Assembly (NCBI GenBank): GCA_039028615.1
Contig: JBCCHT010000015.1
Span: 128,001 to 192,000 of the forward strand
Length of the DNA: 64,000 bases
Reading direction: 5' to 3'
Source of the DNA: Myxococcota bacterium
Lineage (GTDB): Bacteria; Myxococcota_A; Polyangia; Nannocystales; Nannocystaceae
The translations under genes and the position numbers were made by a program. The notes below the pieces were generated by a model. It was not told where the DNA came from. It ran no database searches and worked only from the letters and a program-made list of their open reading frames with translations. This document shows positions 29,074-38,790 of this stretch, one piece after another; position 1 is the first letter of the stretch, and every line of letters starts with the position of its first letter.

Positions 29074-31515
29074 ATGAACGGCGCAATTCAGCCTCTCGCG
29101 GTCCTCGACGACGCGGCCTTTGCCGCTCGCCGGGCCGCGGTGCGCCAGAGCCCACGGGTGATGGGGGTGTCGCACATCGAGGTCGTCTCGGTCGAAGACG
29201 ACGTCGTCGAGCTGCGGGTCGTGTTCCTCACCGCCGTCGACGGGACTCTGAGCGCGACGGGCCGTTCGATCCTCGAGGCGGTGACCCCTGCCAATGTCTC
29301 CGTGTCGCCCACGACCGAGGAGGAGCAGCCGCTGCGGGTGGTCACCGTGATGCCCGACGACAAGGCGCCGCACGTGCTGTGCCTGAAGGTCGTCGGGGGC
29401 GCGGCGCTGCCCTCCAGCCTCGTCGCGACCTACCGCGTGGACGTCTTCGGGGTCGAGGGGATCGACCCGTACTTTTCCACGGCCGAGGTCGTCATCGACC
29501 AGCCTCCGTCCGACCTTCCCGCGTCTCCGAGTCCCCAGGGCGACGCCGCGCAGCCGCATGTCGACGGCAACATCGACTATCGAGCGAAGGACTACGAGTC
29601 GTTTCGCGACACCATGCTCCGCAGCCTCAGCCGGGTCATCCCGCAGTGGCAAGAGCGAAGCCCCGCGGCGCAGAGCGTGGCCCTGGTCGAAGCGCTCGCG
29701 TACCTGGCCAACGACCTCAGCTACTTCCAGGACGCGGTCGCGACCGAGGCGTTCCTGGGGACGGCCCGGCGGCGAATCTCGGCCACACGTCACGCCACCC
29801 TCGTCGACTACCGACCCTCGCAGGGCGTCAACGCCCGGATGTGGGCGCGCATCGTCGTCGAAGACGGCAAACACCTCGAGCTGAAGGCCGGCACTCCGCT
29901 GCTGACGCGCATCGCCGACCTGCCCGTGGTGTTGACCCAGCCCGAGGAGGTCCAGGCCGCGCTCCAGGCGGGTTCCGTCGTATTCGAGACGATGGAGGCG
30001 GTGCGCCTCGACGCGGCGAAAAACCGGCTGCAGTTTTATGCCGCGGGCGCCCGCAAGGCGAAGCTACCCGCCGGAGCGACCCGGGCCTGGCTCCGCGGTC
30101 GGCACCCCGAGCTCGTGGCCGGCGATGTCCTGGCGTTGCATCGAGCGGACTCCGACGTCGCCGAGGTCGTTGGGGGGCACGGGGGCCATGTGATTCGTCT
30201 GTCCCGCGTGGGCGCTGCGAAGAAGGACGGGCCCTACGACGTCTGGATCACCGAGATCGAGTGGTTCGAGGGCGACGCACTGCCCCGGGCGATCGAGGTC
30301 GTGGCTCCCGATCCCGACGGCACGGTGCGCGGAGGCGTGGTGGCTCACGGCAATGTGGTGTTGGCCGACCACGGCCGGACCGTGCCCGGCCGAGCGGCGC
30401 CCGACATCCACCCGTCGCAGCTCGAGCTCCCGGCGGTGCCAGAGGGCGGCCACTACGAGCCTGCGCTGCCCCTGCTCGACCCCACGTTCCGGGTCGACTT
30501 CCGGCCGCGCACGGCTCGACAGGAGTCGGCGAAGCGAGCGTTGCAGCAGGACCCCCGCGCGGCCACGCCTGCGGTGAGCATCCAACAGGACGAGCTCGAC
30601 CTGGGCACGCGGCCGTGGAACCTCCGCCCGGATCTGTTCGAGAGCGGCCCCTTTGCTCCCGACTTCGTGGTGGAGATGGCCGAAGACACCCTGGCCCAGC
30701 TGCGCTTCGGCGATGGCATCAACGGCCTGCGACCGGCACCAGGGGCCCGGTTCGCCGTATCCATGAGAGTCGGTAACGGGGTGCGGGGCAACGTGGGCTT
30801 CGGGGCGCTGGGGCACGTGGTGCTCGAGCGCGACCCCGGGACGATCGTGGCGGTGACCAATCCCACTGGCGGCCGGGGAGGGGAGAACGCGGAGAGCCTC
30901 AGCCGGATCAAGACCGACGCACCGACGTCGTACTTCTCGCAACAACGGGCGGTCACGGCCGATGACATCGCTCGGCTGGCGCGACGCGTCGACGGGGTGA
31001 CGACGTCGGCGGCGCACTTCTCGACCACGGGCAGCTACTCCGTCGCGATGCTCTACGTACGGCAAGGGCGTCGGTGGACGCTGGCCCCTTCCTTCGTCGA
31101 GCGCGTGCGAGACCACGTCGCGCCGCGGCTGGTGATGGGCAGTGACCTCGAGGTGTGTCCTCCCGTACCGCTGCCGCTCGACATCGTCATCGCCGTGCGG
31201 CTTCGACGTCACACGCTGCGCGTCAGCGTCGTCTCCGCGCTCGAGAGCGAGTTCTCGCCCTCGGCGATGTTCGGCCCCGATGCCTACGGATTCGGGCAGC
31301 CCCTGTACCTCAGTACGATCATCAGCGCTGCCTCCAAGGTCGAGGGGGTGTTCGAGGTGGAGGCCACTCGGTTCCAGCGCTGGGGGCACGCCGCGGCGGG
31401 AGAGCTCGCGGCGGGGGTCGTTCGTCCGGGGCCCAACCAGATCATCCGCGTCGACAACAACCCACGGATGCCATCCCACGGGACGATTCGTTTCGAGATC
31501 GCGGGGGGACGATGA
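29074..31515 (+). CDS. Baseplate J-like wedge protein 1
   Basis: IDYRAKDYESFR, LSYFQDAVATEAFLGTARRR-S--RHA-LVDY, LRFGDG-NG, RVGNG--GNVG, QQRAVT-DD. Confidence 0.9.
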   Translation: MNGAIQPLAVLDDAAFAARRAAVRQSPRVMGVSHIEVVSVEDDVVELRVVFLTAVDGTLSATGRSILEAVTPANVSVSPTTEEEQPLRVVTVMPDDKAPHVLCLKVVGGAALPSSLVATYRVDVFGVEGIDPYFSTAEVVIDQPPSDLPASPSPQGDAAQPHVDGNIDYRAKDYESFRDTMLRSLSRVIPQWQERSPAAQSVALVEALAYLANDLSYFQDAVATEAFLGTARRRISATRHATLVDYRPSQGVNARMWARIVVEDGKHLELKAGTPLLTRIADLPVVLTQPEEVQAALQAGSVVFETMEAVRLDAAKNRLQFYAAGARKAKLPAGATRAWLRGRHPELVAGDVLALHRADSDVAEVVGGHGGHVIRLSRVGAAKKDGPYDVWITEIEWFEGDALPRAIEVVAPDPDGTVRGGVVAHGNVVLADHGRTVPGRAAPDIHPSQLELPAVPEGGHYEPALPLLDPTFRVDFRPRTARQESAKRALQQDPRAATPAVSIQQDELDLGTRPWNLRPDLFESGPFAPDFVVEMAEDTLAQLRFGDGINGLRPAPGARFAVSMRVGNGVRGNVGFGALGHVVLERDPGTIVAVTNPTGGRGGENAESLSRIKTDAPTSYFSQQRAVTADDIARLARRVDGVTTSAAHFSTTGSYSVAMLYVRQGRRWTLAPSFVERVRDHVAPRLVMGSDLEVCPPVPLPLDIVIAVRLRRHTLRVSVVSALESEFSPSAMFGPDAYGFGQPLYLSTIISAASKVEGVFEVEATRFQRWGHAAAGELAAGVVRPGPNQIIRVDNNPRMPSHGTIRFEIAGGR

Positions 31516-34500
31516 GTCGGCGTCCCATCTTCAATCCTCCGTACTTGCCGGAGATCCGCTATCGCATCGGCGACTTCTCGTCGTTCTTCGACCGGCTGCT
31601 CGAAGACCTGCCCCAGCAACAGGTGCCCGGGGAGCGCATGCCTCCGCTGGCCAACCTCTACCTGCAATCGGAAGAGGACTGGATTCGCGCCTTGTGTCAG
31701 GTCTGGGCCGAGGTCGGCGAGATTCTGGTGTTCTACCAGGAGCGCATCGCCAACGAGGGTTATCTGGGCACGGCGACCCAGGCCGAGTCGGTGCAGCGCA
31801 TCCTGCAATCGGTCGGCTACGACGTGCCGACCCATGTCGCGGCCGAGACGGCGCTGACCTACTTCGTGGGGCTCGATGGCGCTGGAGTCGAGCGGGTGGC
31901 CCGGCGCGCGGGGACGCCCACGGGTCGAGCGAATCGCGGTCGACGGGCAGGGACCGGCGGAGGCGCGGGGCGCAGGACCAACCCGAGCGGCGGCGGAGGT
32001 GCGACCCCCAATGGTGGTGGGGCCTCGCCAGCCGGGGGCGGTGGCACGGGCGCGGGTCGGCTTCCCTTGTCCGGTGGAGGTACGACCACCGTCCCTTCGG
32101 GGGCCGAGACGCAGAGCATCGCCGAAGCGGCTGGGCTGCCGCAGATCTTCAGCCTGTTGAAGTCGGTGTTGGCCGCGGGGTCGCTCAATCAGCTGCAGCC
32201 CAATGTGCCGTCGGCTCCCGTGGCACCGGTCTTGACGGCGGACACGACCGTCCTTCGACTCGCTGGCACGCGGACCGGGCTGCAAGCGGGCGACCCGATC
32301 CTCATCGCCGGCACCGACCCCGAACGCGGTACGCCGGTCTCGTGGATCCGCTTTGTGGAGTCGGTCACGCCCAACTCCAACCCCAGCTACACCACGGTCA
32401 CGTGGCAGCCGCCGCTGGGCCAGCCGAGCGAGGACGTGGCCCCGCCTTTGCCGTCGGTGGTCAACGGCCCGCAGGTGTTCGGCTTCGCCAAGAGTGCGAG
32501 CCTGTTCGGCAACACCGCGGCGAAGTGGTCGACCCTGCGCGACACCGTCAAGGTGACCCTCGCTCCGCCGATGGGGGGCGTGCTGGTGTCCGCCGACGGA
32601 GGAAGCACCTGGGCGGGGCAGACGTCGGGGCTCCCGATGGAGACGCCCACCGCGGTGCTGACCAGCGGCGATACGACCTTCGTCGCGCTGACCAACAAGG
32701 GCCTCTACCGCAGCGATGGTGGCTCGTTCGTCGCGGCCAACGGCGGGATCAGCCAACGCAGCATCTTCACCGTGGCGGGTCGCAGCGACGACTTCATGGT
32801 GGGAGCGGCCAGCGGCAAGGCCTACGGCTCGGTCGACGGTGGCGAGTCCTGGGACCCGATCATGGGCGGCCCACCGGTCTTGTCGGGGCGGGGACGCAAG
32901 CGACAGGTCACCCAGACGCAGCTGCCCTCGACCAACGTCCGAGCGCTGCTGTCGGTCAAAGACGAGATCCACGCCGGGACCGATCGGGGCGCCTTCGTCT
33001 ATGACGGCACCAACTGGGCGCCCGACGGGACGCTCACCACCCCCGTGTTCGCCCTGGTGAACGGCAAGCACGGGGTGACGGCAGCGACCTCGACCGGCGT
33101 GGTGTCCCTGCAGTCGCGGGGCAAGTGGAAGCCGGTCGGCAAGGGGCTACCGAAGGCCGCCGTCGTCGGGCTGGCCGAGGGCAACGACTTGGTCGCCGCC
33201 ACCGCGACCGGAGTCTGGTTCCTCAGCGGCAAGACGTGGACGGAGAACAACGGGACGGCTCCGAACGCATTGCCCTCCGGTGTGACCATCACCGCCGTCG
33301 CGGCCACGGGCGGGACGGCCTGGGTGGGGACGAAGGCACAGGGCCTGTACCGCTCGACCGACGGCGGCTCGAGCTGGCAGCGGGTGGATGTGCAGCAGCT
33401 GTTCACCGCGCCGTCGTCCGACGCTCCCACGAGCACCACCATCCCGGAATCGCTGGCCGTCGAGTTCAGTCGACAGGGCTATCCGCTCACGCGCAAGGCC
33501 ACGCTCGCCAAGTCCGGCTCGAGCTGGACGATCACCGACGGAACGCTGGCCTACACCCTGGTCCCCGACAGCAGCGGCGTAGCGGTGTCGCTGACCGATG
33601 CGTTGCCGTCGGTCAGCGCGCTGAGTGTCGATGGGCAGACGGTGGTGGCCGTCGGTGCGTTCAACGGTTTTGCGGCGGAGCAGTGGCCGGGCTTCGAGCT
33701 GTCGCGCACCGTCGACTTGTCGAAGGTCAACAACGAGATCGTGGCCAACGGCTGGGTCGTGCTGGCGCAGAACACCTCGGCCGGGGCGCTGTCGGCCGCG
33801 TACCAGGTGGACGAGGTGCTCGGCGTGTCTCGCTCCGCGTTCGGGGTCTCCGGCGAGATCACACGCTTGAAGGTGACGCCCACCACGGGGCTACCCGAGT
33901 TCGACCTCCGCAATGCGGACGCGTGGGTCCAGAGCACGCGGCTGTCCCTCTACAGCCCGGTGACCAGCACGCTGACGCCGATCTCGGGCACCACGATCGA
34001 ACTCGACCAGCAGCTCGACACGGCCCTGCCCCTGCCACGTGCAGCGGTGGTGGAGGGCAAGGCGGTCAACGCCGCCATCGTGCCCGTGGGCGGGGTCTTG
34101 GCGTGGCAGGGCTCCTCGTGGCAGCGACGGGCCTTGGCTCAGGCGGATGTCCGGGCGCTGGCGGTCGATGCTCAGGGCAACACCTACGTCGGCACCAAGG
34201 GCAGCGGGGCGTTCGTGCTGCCCCAGTCCGCGACCACGACGACACCGCTGGCCTCGGGACTGTCGGCGAAGACGGTCGAGGCGATGTCCACCGTGCGCAT
34301 CGATGCCCACACCGAGGTGGTGCTCGCGGGAAGCTCCGATGGGGTCTCGATGCGCACGGGCGTCAGTGGGGCGTGGACCCCTGCCGGGCTCGACGGGCGG
34401 AGCGTTTCGGTGCTGGCGACCGGCAGCCACGCGAAGGTCTACGCGGGCACCAGTACCGGTGGCGTGTACTCGGCCACGATTGGGAGTTCGAGCGCGGCGC

Positions 34501-36629
34501 CCTCGTGGAGCACCTCTCCCAGCCTCGGCGAGGCGGTCACGGCCATCGCCATCTCGGGCGGAGGCACGGCCTACGCAGGCACGGCCAAGGGGGTCTTCGT
34601 GCTCGATGGAGGCACGTGGCGAGCGCTGACCCAGGGCCTGAGCGATACCCGGGTGTGCGACCTCGTGTTCGATGCCTCCGGCACCTTGCTCGCGGCCACC
34701 CAGGGCGGTGTCTTCAGCTATTCCGTGTCGCGGCGCGAATGGGATGCGCAACGGAACGGCCTGCCCGTCGTGCCCGTGCAGACGCTGTTGGTGGTGGGCC
34801 ATGAGCTGTACGCGGGCACGCGAGGGGCGGGGGTGTATCGTCGCGCGTCGTCGGGGCGGCGGTGGTCGGCGGTGCCCACGGGCGCTTCCAACGATGTCCG
34901 GGTGCTCATCGAGGGCCCCGACGGGAAGCCGTGGTACGGGGCGCGCAACGTGGCCGTCCTCATCGGCGAGGATCAGCGCCGCGTCGAGTTGGCGCAGCCG
35001 TTTTTGTTCTCGACCACCAGCGTGGACACCACCGGGTTCGGCATGCTCGACCAGGGAATGATCCCGGACACGGTCACCGATGCGTTCACGCAGGAGAAGA
35101 TCCAGCTCGATGCCGCGGCGACCGTGCTGCCGCTCGAACTCGGGGCCACGTGGCTCGTCACCAGTCAGAGCACGCTGTACGTGTTGGCGCTGTGGCAGGC
35201 GGTGGCGACCGGCGCTCCGCTCCAGGTGTATCGCAACGCCACGGTCGCCTCCGTCACCGATGCGCCGACCGGGAAGGGGGCGGTGCAGACGTACCGCCTG
35301 CAGGACAAGCTGGGCGCCTCGGGGTCGCTGTCGGCCACGGCCAGCGAGGTCCAGCTGCAGCCGGCCGCGAGCGGTGACGCGACCCTGAAGGAGCACATCC
35401 AGGTGACCGGCCAGAGTCCAGACCCGGGCCGCGACTCGACCGACGTTCCCTCGGACACCACGCTCACCACGCTGACGCTGAAAAAACCGCTTCGGCACTA
35501 CTACGACGCCTCGACGGTGAGCATTCACGCCAACGTCGGGGCGGCGCGCCACGGCACCGCAGCGAAGCAGGTCATCGGGAGCGGCGACTCGAGCCAAGCC
35601 AACCAGACCTTCGACGTTCCCGGTCCGGTCGCGGCCACGGGCTCCGAGCCGACCTCGACGACGGCCGCGGACGATGCTCATCCGCTCGTCGGGATGCCCA
35701 AGACCACGCTGAGCATCGACGTGTCGGGGCAGCAGTGGAAACAGGTGCAGTCCTTCGCCCACAGCGGGCCCGACGATCGCCACTACGTCGTCCATCATCA
35801 AGCCGATGGATCTGCTCGTGTCACCTTCGGCGACGGTGATCACGGCGCTCGCCTGCCGACCGGGCGAGAGAACGTCACCGCTCGCTACACCCGCGGCGGC
35901 GGGCCGCAGGGCGAGGTGGGAGCGGGTCGGGTCCAGCAGCTTCGCACGCAGCCACAGCTCGTGCAGCGGGGACACAACCCCACTGCGGCCACGATCCCGG
36001 CGACCTCCGGCCGACGCGATCAGGTGGCCGCGTCGATCCAGGCGCTCGGGCGGGTTGTCTCCATCCAAGACATCCGGGACTATGGCCTGGCATATCCCGG
36101 AGTCGGCAAGGCGCGGGTCGATGTGGTGCGAACGCCCAACGGCCGCACGCTGGTGCTCACCGTCGTGGGCAAGGGCAAGGACCTCGAGGAGGACCTCGCG
36201 GCGGCCATCGCTTCGGTGCGGGGTCCGGGGTTGCCGCTGCGAGTCCTGAAGGCACGCCATCGTCACTTTCGCGTGGCGGCGACGCTCTACACCGACCCCG
36301 GGGTGAACCTCGAGCACTCCGCTCGGGCGGCGATCGAGCACGCCTACGATGCCCGCGCCCGGCAGATCGGTCAGGACGTCACGTCTTCCGAGATCGTCGC
36401 GACGCTGCAGGCCATCGACGGCGTCCGGGGCGTGGAACTCACCGCGTTGTATCGACTCGAAGATTCGCCCTCCGTGGAGCCCGTGATCGAGGCCGAGGGC
36501 GCGCGGTGGAGTGCGGCCAGCCAAAGGGTGCGCGGCGGTGTCGTGCTCCAGGTCGAGTCTTCACCCCACGCGATCGAGCTGAAGGTCGTGTCCGAGCCCG
36601 CGCAACCCTTCGACGGAGACCCGCCATGA
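31512..36629 (+). CDS. Baseplate J-like wedge protein 2 with beta-propeller insertions (1705 aa)
   Basis: FYQERIANEGYLGTA, V-FGDG-HGARLPTG-ENV-A-Y--GGG, LGRVVS-QD; Asp-box motifs (SADGGSTW, SVDGGESW, STDGGSSW). ATG at 31512 overlaps the upstream stop. Confidence 0.88.
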   Translation: MSRRPIFNPPYLPEIRYRIGDFSSFFDRLLEDLPQQQVPGERMPPLANLYLQSEEDWIRALCQVWAEVGEILVFYQERIANEGYLGTATQAESVQRILQSVGYDVPTHVAAETALTYFVGLDGAGVERVARRAGTPTGRANRGRRAGTGGGAGRRTNPSGGGGATPNGGGASPAGGGGTGAGRLPLSGGGTTTVPSGAETQSIAEAAGLPQIFSLLKSVLAAGSLNQLQPNVPSAPVAPVLTADTTVLRLAGTRTGLQAGDPILIAGTDPERGTPVSWIRFVESVTPNSNPSYTTVTWQPPLGQPSEDVAPPLPSVVNGPQVFGFAKSASLFGNTAAKWSTLRDTVKVTLAPPMGGVLVSADGGSTWAGQTSGLPMETPTAVLTSGDTTFVALTNKGLYRSDGGSFVAANGGISQRSIFTVAGRSDDFMVGAASGKAYGSVDGGESWDPIMGGPPVLSGRGRKRQVTQTQLPSTNVRALLSVKDEIHAGTDRGAFVYDGTNWAPDGTLTTPVFALVNGKHGVTAATSTGVVSLQSRGKWKPVGKGLPKAAVVGLAEGNDLVAATATGVWFLSGKTWTENNGTAPNALPSGVTITAVAATGGTAWVGTKAQGLYRSTDGGSSWQRVDVQQLFTAPSSDAPTSTTIPESLAVEFSRQGYPLTRKATLAKSGSSWTITDGTLAYTLVPDSSGVAVSLTDALPSVSALSVDGQTVVAVGAFNGFAAEQWPGFELSRTVDLSKVNNEIVANGWVVLAQNTSAGALSAAYQVDEVLGVSRSAFGVSGEITRLKVTPTTGLPEFDLRNADAWVQSTRLSLYSPVTSTLTPISGTTIELDQQLDTALPLPRAAVVEGKAVNAAIVPVGGVLAWQGSSWQRRALAQADVRALAVDAQGNTYVGTKGSGAFVLPQSATTTTPLASGLSAKTVEAMSTVRIDAHTEVVLAGSSDGVSMRTGVSGAWTPAGLDGRSVSVLATGSHAKVYAGTSTGGVYSATIGSSSAAPSWSTSPSLGEAVTAIAISGGGTAYAGTAKGVFVLDGGTWRALTQGLSDTRVCDLVFDASGTLLAATQGGVFSYSVSRREWDAQRNGLPVVPVQTLLVVGHELYAGTRGAGVYRRASSGRRWSAVPTGASNDVRVLIEGPDGKPWYGARNVAVLIGEDQRRVELAQPFLFSTTSVDTTGFGMLDQGMIPDTVTDAFTQEKIQLDAAATVLPLELGATWLVTSQSTLYVLALWQAVATGAPLQVYRNATVASVTDAPTGKGAVQTYRLQDKLGASGSLSATASEVQLQPAASGDATLKEHIQVTGQSPDPGRDSTDVPSDTTLTTLTLKKPLRHYYDASTVSIHANVGAARHGTAAKQVIGSGDSSQANQTFDVPGPVAATGSEPTSTTAADDAHPLVGMPKTTLSIDVSGQQWKQVQSFAHSGPDDRHYVVHHQADGSARVTFGDGDHGARLPTGRENVTARYTRGGGPQGEVGAGRVQQLRTQPQLVQRGHNPTAATIPATSGRRDQVAASIQALGRVVSIQDIRDYGLAYPGVGKARVDVVRTPNGRTLVLTVVGKGKDLEEDLAAAIASVRGPGLPLRVLKARHRHFRVAATLYTDPGVNLEHSARAAIEHAYDARARQIGQDVTSSEIVATLQAIDGVRGVELTALYRLEDSPSVEPVIEAEGARWSAASQRVRGGVVLQVESSPHAIELKVVSEPAQPFDGDPP

Positions 36630-38767
36630 GCACGCAGGAACGACTCTACCCGCTGCTCCCGGTCTACTTTCGCCAGCGCGATCTCGAGGTGGGTCAGCCG
36701 CTTCGCGCGTTGATGGCGGTGCTTCAGCAGCAGGGCGAAGCGCTGCACGGCAACATCGCGGAGCTGTACCGGGACTGGTTCATCGCGACCTGCTCCGAGT
36801 GGGCGGTGCCCTATATCGGTGAGGCGATCGGCATCTCGGGGCTCGAGGACAGCCGCAGCGTCTCGTTCAGTCAGCGCGCCCGCGTGGCCCACACCATTCG
36901 GGATCGTCGTCGCAAGGGGCGACTGTCGACGCTCGCCTGGGCGCTGCACGATGCGAGCGGATGGTCGGTCTACGCACGGGTCGCGTTTCCCGTGGTGGCG
37001 ACGACGCAGTCGCTTCAGCACCTGCGCCTCGATCGAGGCCGCCTGGTCGACGTTCGCGATACCGAAGCGTTGGTCGAGCTCGAGCAGCCGTGGAGCGAGA
37101 CGGCCCGCACGGTGTCGATCACCGGACGATCACAGGCGGAGTCGGGAGCCGTGATCGGTGGGGTGGGGCAGTCGTTTGCGCCCTACAACTTGCCGGACAT
37201 CGCGGTGTCGATCTGGCGGCTGACGAGCTACCAGGTTCGAGGCGCGACGGCGGCCCGAGTCGTGGTCCCGCCGCGTCGAGGCCGGGGACCCTCGGGGCAG
37301 TGCTTCACCTTCGATGCGCTCGGCTTCGACGTCCCGCTGTTCCTGTTGCCCCGGACACGAACCGACCAACAGCTGCCGCCCACGCCCGCGGACCTCTGTC
37401 GCCCCATGACGCGAAACGACCTGCGGCAGGCGCTGAACGAGGCCCGTGCGGCCGTGGACGGGACCGACCACGAGGTCGGCCTGTCGATCACGCTGGTGGG
37501 GTCGAGAGGCCAACGGCAGCCGGTCTCGCCCGAGAAGATCGTGGCCGCCAACCTCGACGATTGGCGCCCGCCCCCGGTGTCGCCGCCGACCACGGCCGAT
37601 CGCTCGCCCTTCGTCGCCGTGGATCCCGAACGCGGTCGGTTGATGGTGCTGGGCGCGACCGTTGCCAGCGTCGTGGTCGGCTATGCCTACGGCTTTTCGG
37701 GCGACGTCGGCGGAGGCCCATACTCGCGCGCCTCCCAGTGGGAAAGCGCCGCCGAGGGCACCTGGGTCGCCTGCGTGGGGCGGGGCCAGGGCTACGGGGG
37801 GCGGGTCTTCTCCACGCTCCAGGCCGCGCTCGCGGCGTGGCCCTCCAAGGAAAAATCGGCCCGGATCACGTTCATCGACAGCGGCACCTACGAGGCGCCC
37901 AAGCCGGCCGAGGTCTTCGGCATCACCCTCGGGGCAGGCCGGAGTCTTCACATCACGACCGCCGCGGGAGAGCGACCCACGCTGGTAGGCACGCTGTCGG
38001 TCACGACCGCGCAGTCGGGGGCGCTCATCCTCGAGGGGCTGTGCATCGACGGCACGGTGAAGGCCACCGGACGGCTGGCGCTCGAGGTTCGGCACTGCAC
38101 GCTCGTGCCCCGCACGGAGCCAGCGGGCCGCGGTGTCGCGCCGCGCCCCGGCGTCGTCTTGCAGGATCCCTTCGCCAGCCTGCGCCTCAGCTACAGCATC
38201 AGCGGCCCGCTCCTGGGCACCGACGAGACGCTGATGGCCCTCGAACGCTCGATCATCGATGCTGGCAGCGCGGACGCCTGGGCCCTGTCGGCGGGGCCCC
38301 ACAGCGGCGGGGCCCCGATGGAGGTCATCGCCAACTCGTGCACGGTGCTCGGGCGCACGGCGGCGGCGCGGCTGTGTGCGACCGGCTGCATCTTCACCGG
38401 GACCCTCGAGGTCGAGCAGACGGCCCACGGATCGATCGACGACAGCTGGGTGCCTCCCGGGTCGACCACGCCGCCGCTGCATCGCACGCAGCCGGCCATG
38501 GCCCTCGCGGGTATCCGCGACCCGGCGGTGCGACGGCGAGTGCGGCTGCGCACCGCCCCGGTCTTCACCTCCACCCAGTACGGGCAGCCCGGCTACGCCC
38601 AGCTGGGGGAAGCCAGCACGATGCCGATCCGAACGGGGGGCGAAGACCGACGCCAGATGGGCGTGTGGTCGTTCCTCGAGCAGCCCTACCGGGAAACCGC
38701 GGTCATCTCGACGGCGGAGACCTACCAGCCCAACGAGCTCATCTCGAGCCTGCACTACCGGTCCTGA
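36626..38767 (+). CDS. Phage tail protein I-like baseplate wedge protein with C-terminal beta-helix-like region
   Basis: LYPLLP-YFR-RD, LY-DWFI-TC-EW-VPYIG, RRRKG, AVDPERGR, YGFSGDVGGGPY, P-FTS--YGQPGYAQL. Confidence 0.82.
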   Translation: MSTQERLYPLLPVYFRQRDLEVGQPLRALMAVLQQQGEALHGNIAELYRDWFIATCSEWAVPYIGEAIGISGLEDSRSVSFSQRARVAHTIRDRRRKGRLSTLAWALHDASGWSVYARVAFPVVATTQSLQHLRLDRGRLVDVRDTEALVELEQPWSETARTVSITGRSQAESGAVIGGVGQSFAPYNLPDIAVSIWRLTSYQVRGATAARVVVPPRRGRGPSGQCFTFDALGFDVPLFLLPRTRTDQQLPPTPADLCRPMTRNDLRQALNEARAAVDGTDHEVGLSITLVGSRGQRQPVSPEKIVAANLDDWRPPPVSPPTTADRSPFVAVDPERGRLMVLGATVASVVVGYAYGFSGDVGGGPYSRASQWESAAEGTWVACVGRGQGYGGRVFSTLQAALAAWPSKEKSARITFIDSGTYEAPKPAEVFGITLGAGRSLHITTAAGERPTLVGTLSVTTAQSGALILEGLCIDGTVKATGRLALEVRHCTLVPRTEPAGRGVAPRPGVVLQDPFASLRLSYSISGPLLGTDETLMALERSIIDAGSADAWALSAGPHSGGAPMEVIANSCTVLGRTAAARLCATGCIFTGTLEVEQTAHGSIDDSWVPPGSTTPPLHRTQPAMALAGIRDPAVRRRVRLRTAPVFTSTQYGQPGYAQLGEASTMPIRTGGEDRRQMGVWSFLEQPYRETAVISTAETYQPNELISSLHYRS

Positions 38768-38790
38768 CCACGAGACCCGAAGAACGCATC

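Noticed and set aside
31155..31511. ORF-track start of the 1824-aa protein
   Set aside because: This extension overlaps the baseplate-J1 gene out of frame and is R/P/A-rich shadow sequence. ATG 31512 (ATGA overlap) fits better.
36961..38790. N-terminal 610 aa of the 2015-aa ORF
   Set aside because: Shadow frame of the gpI-like gene. DUF6519 motifs begin only after 38791.
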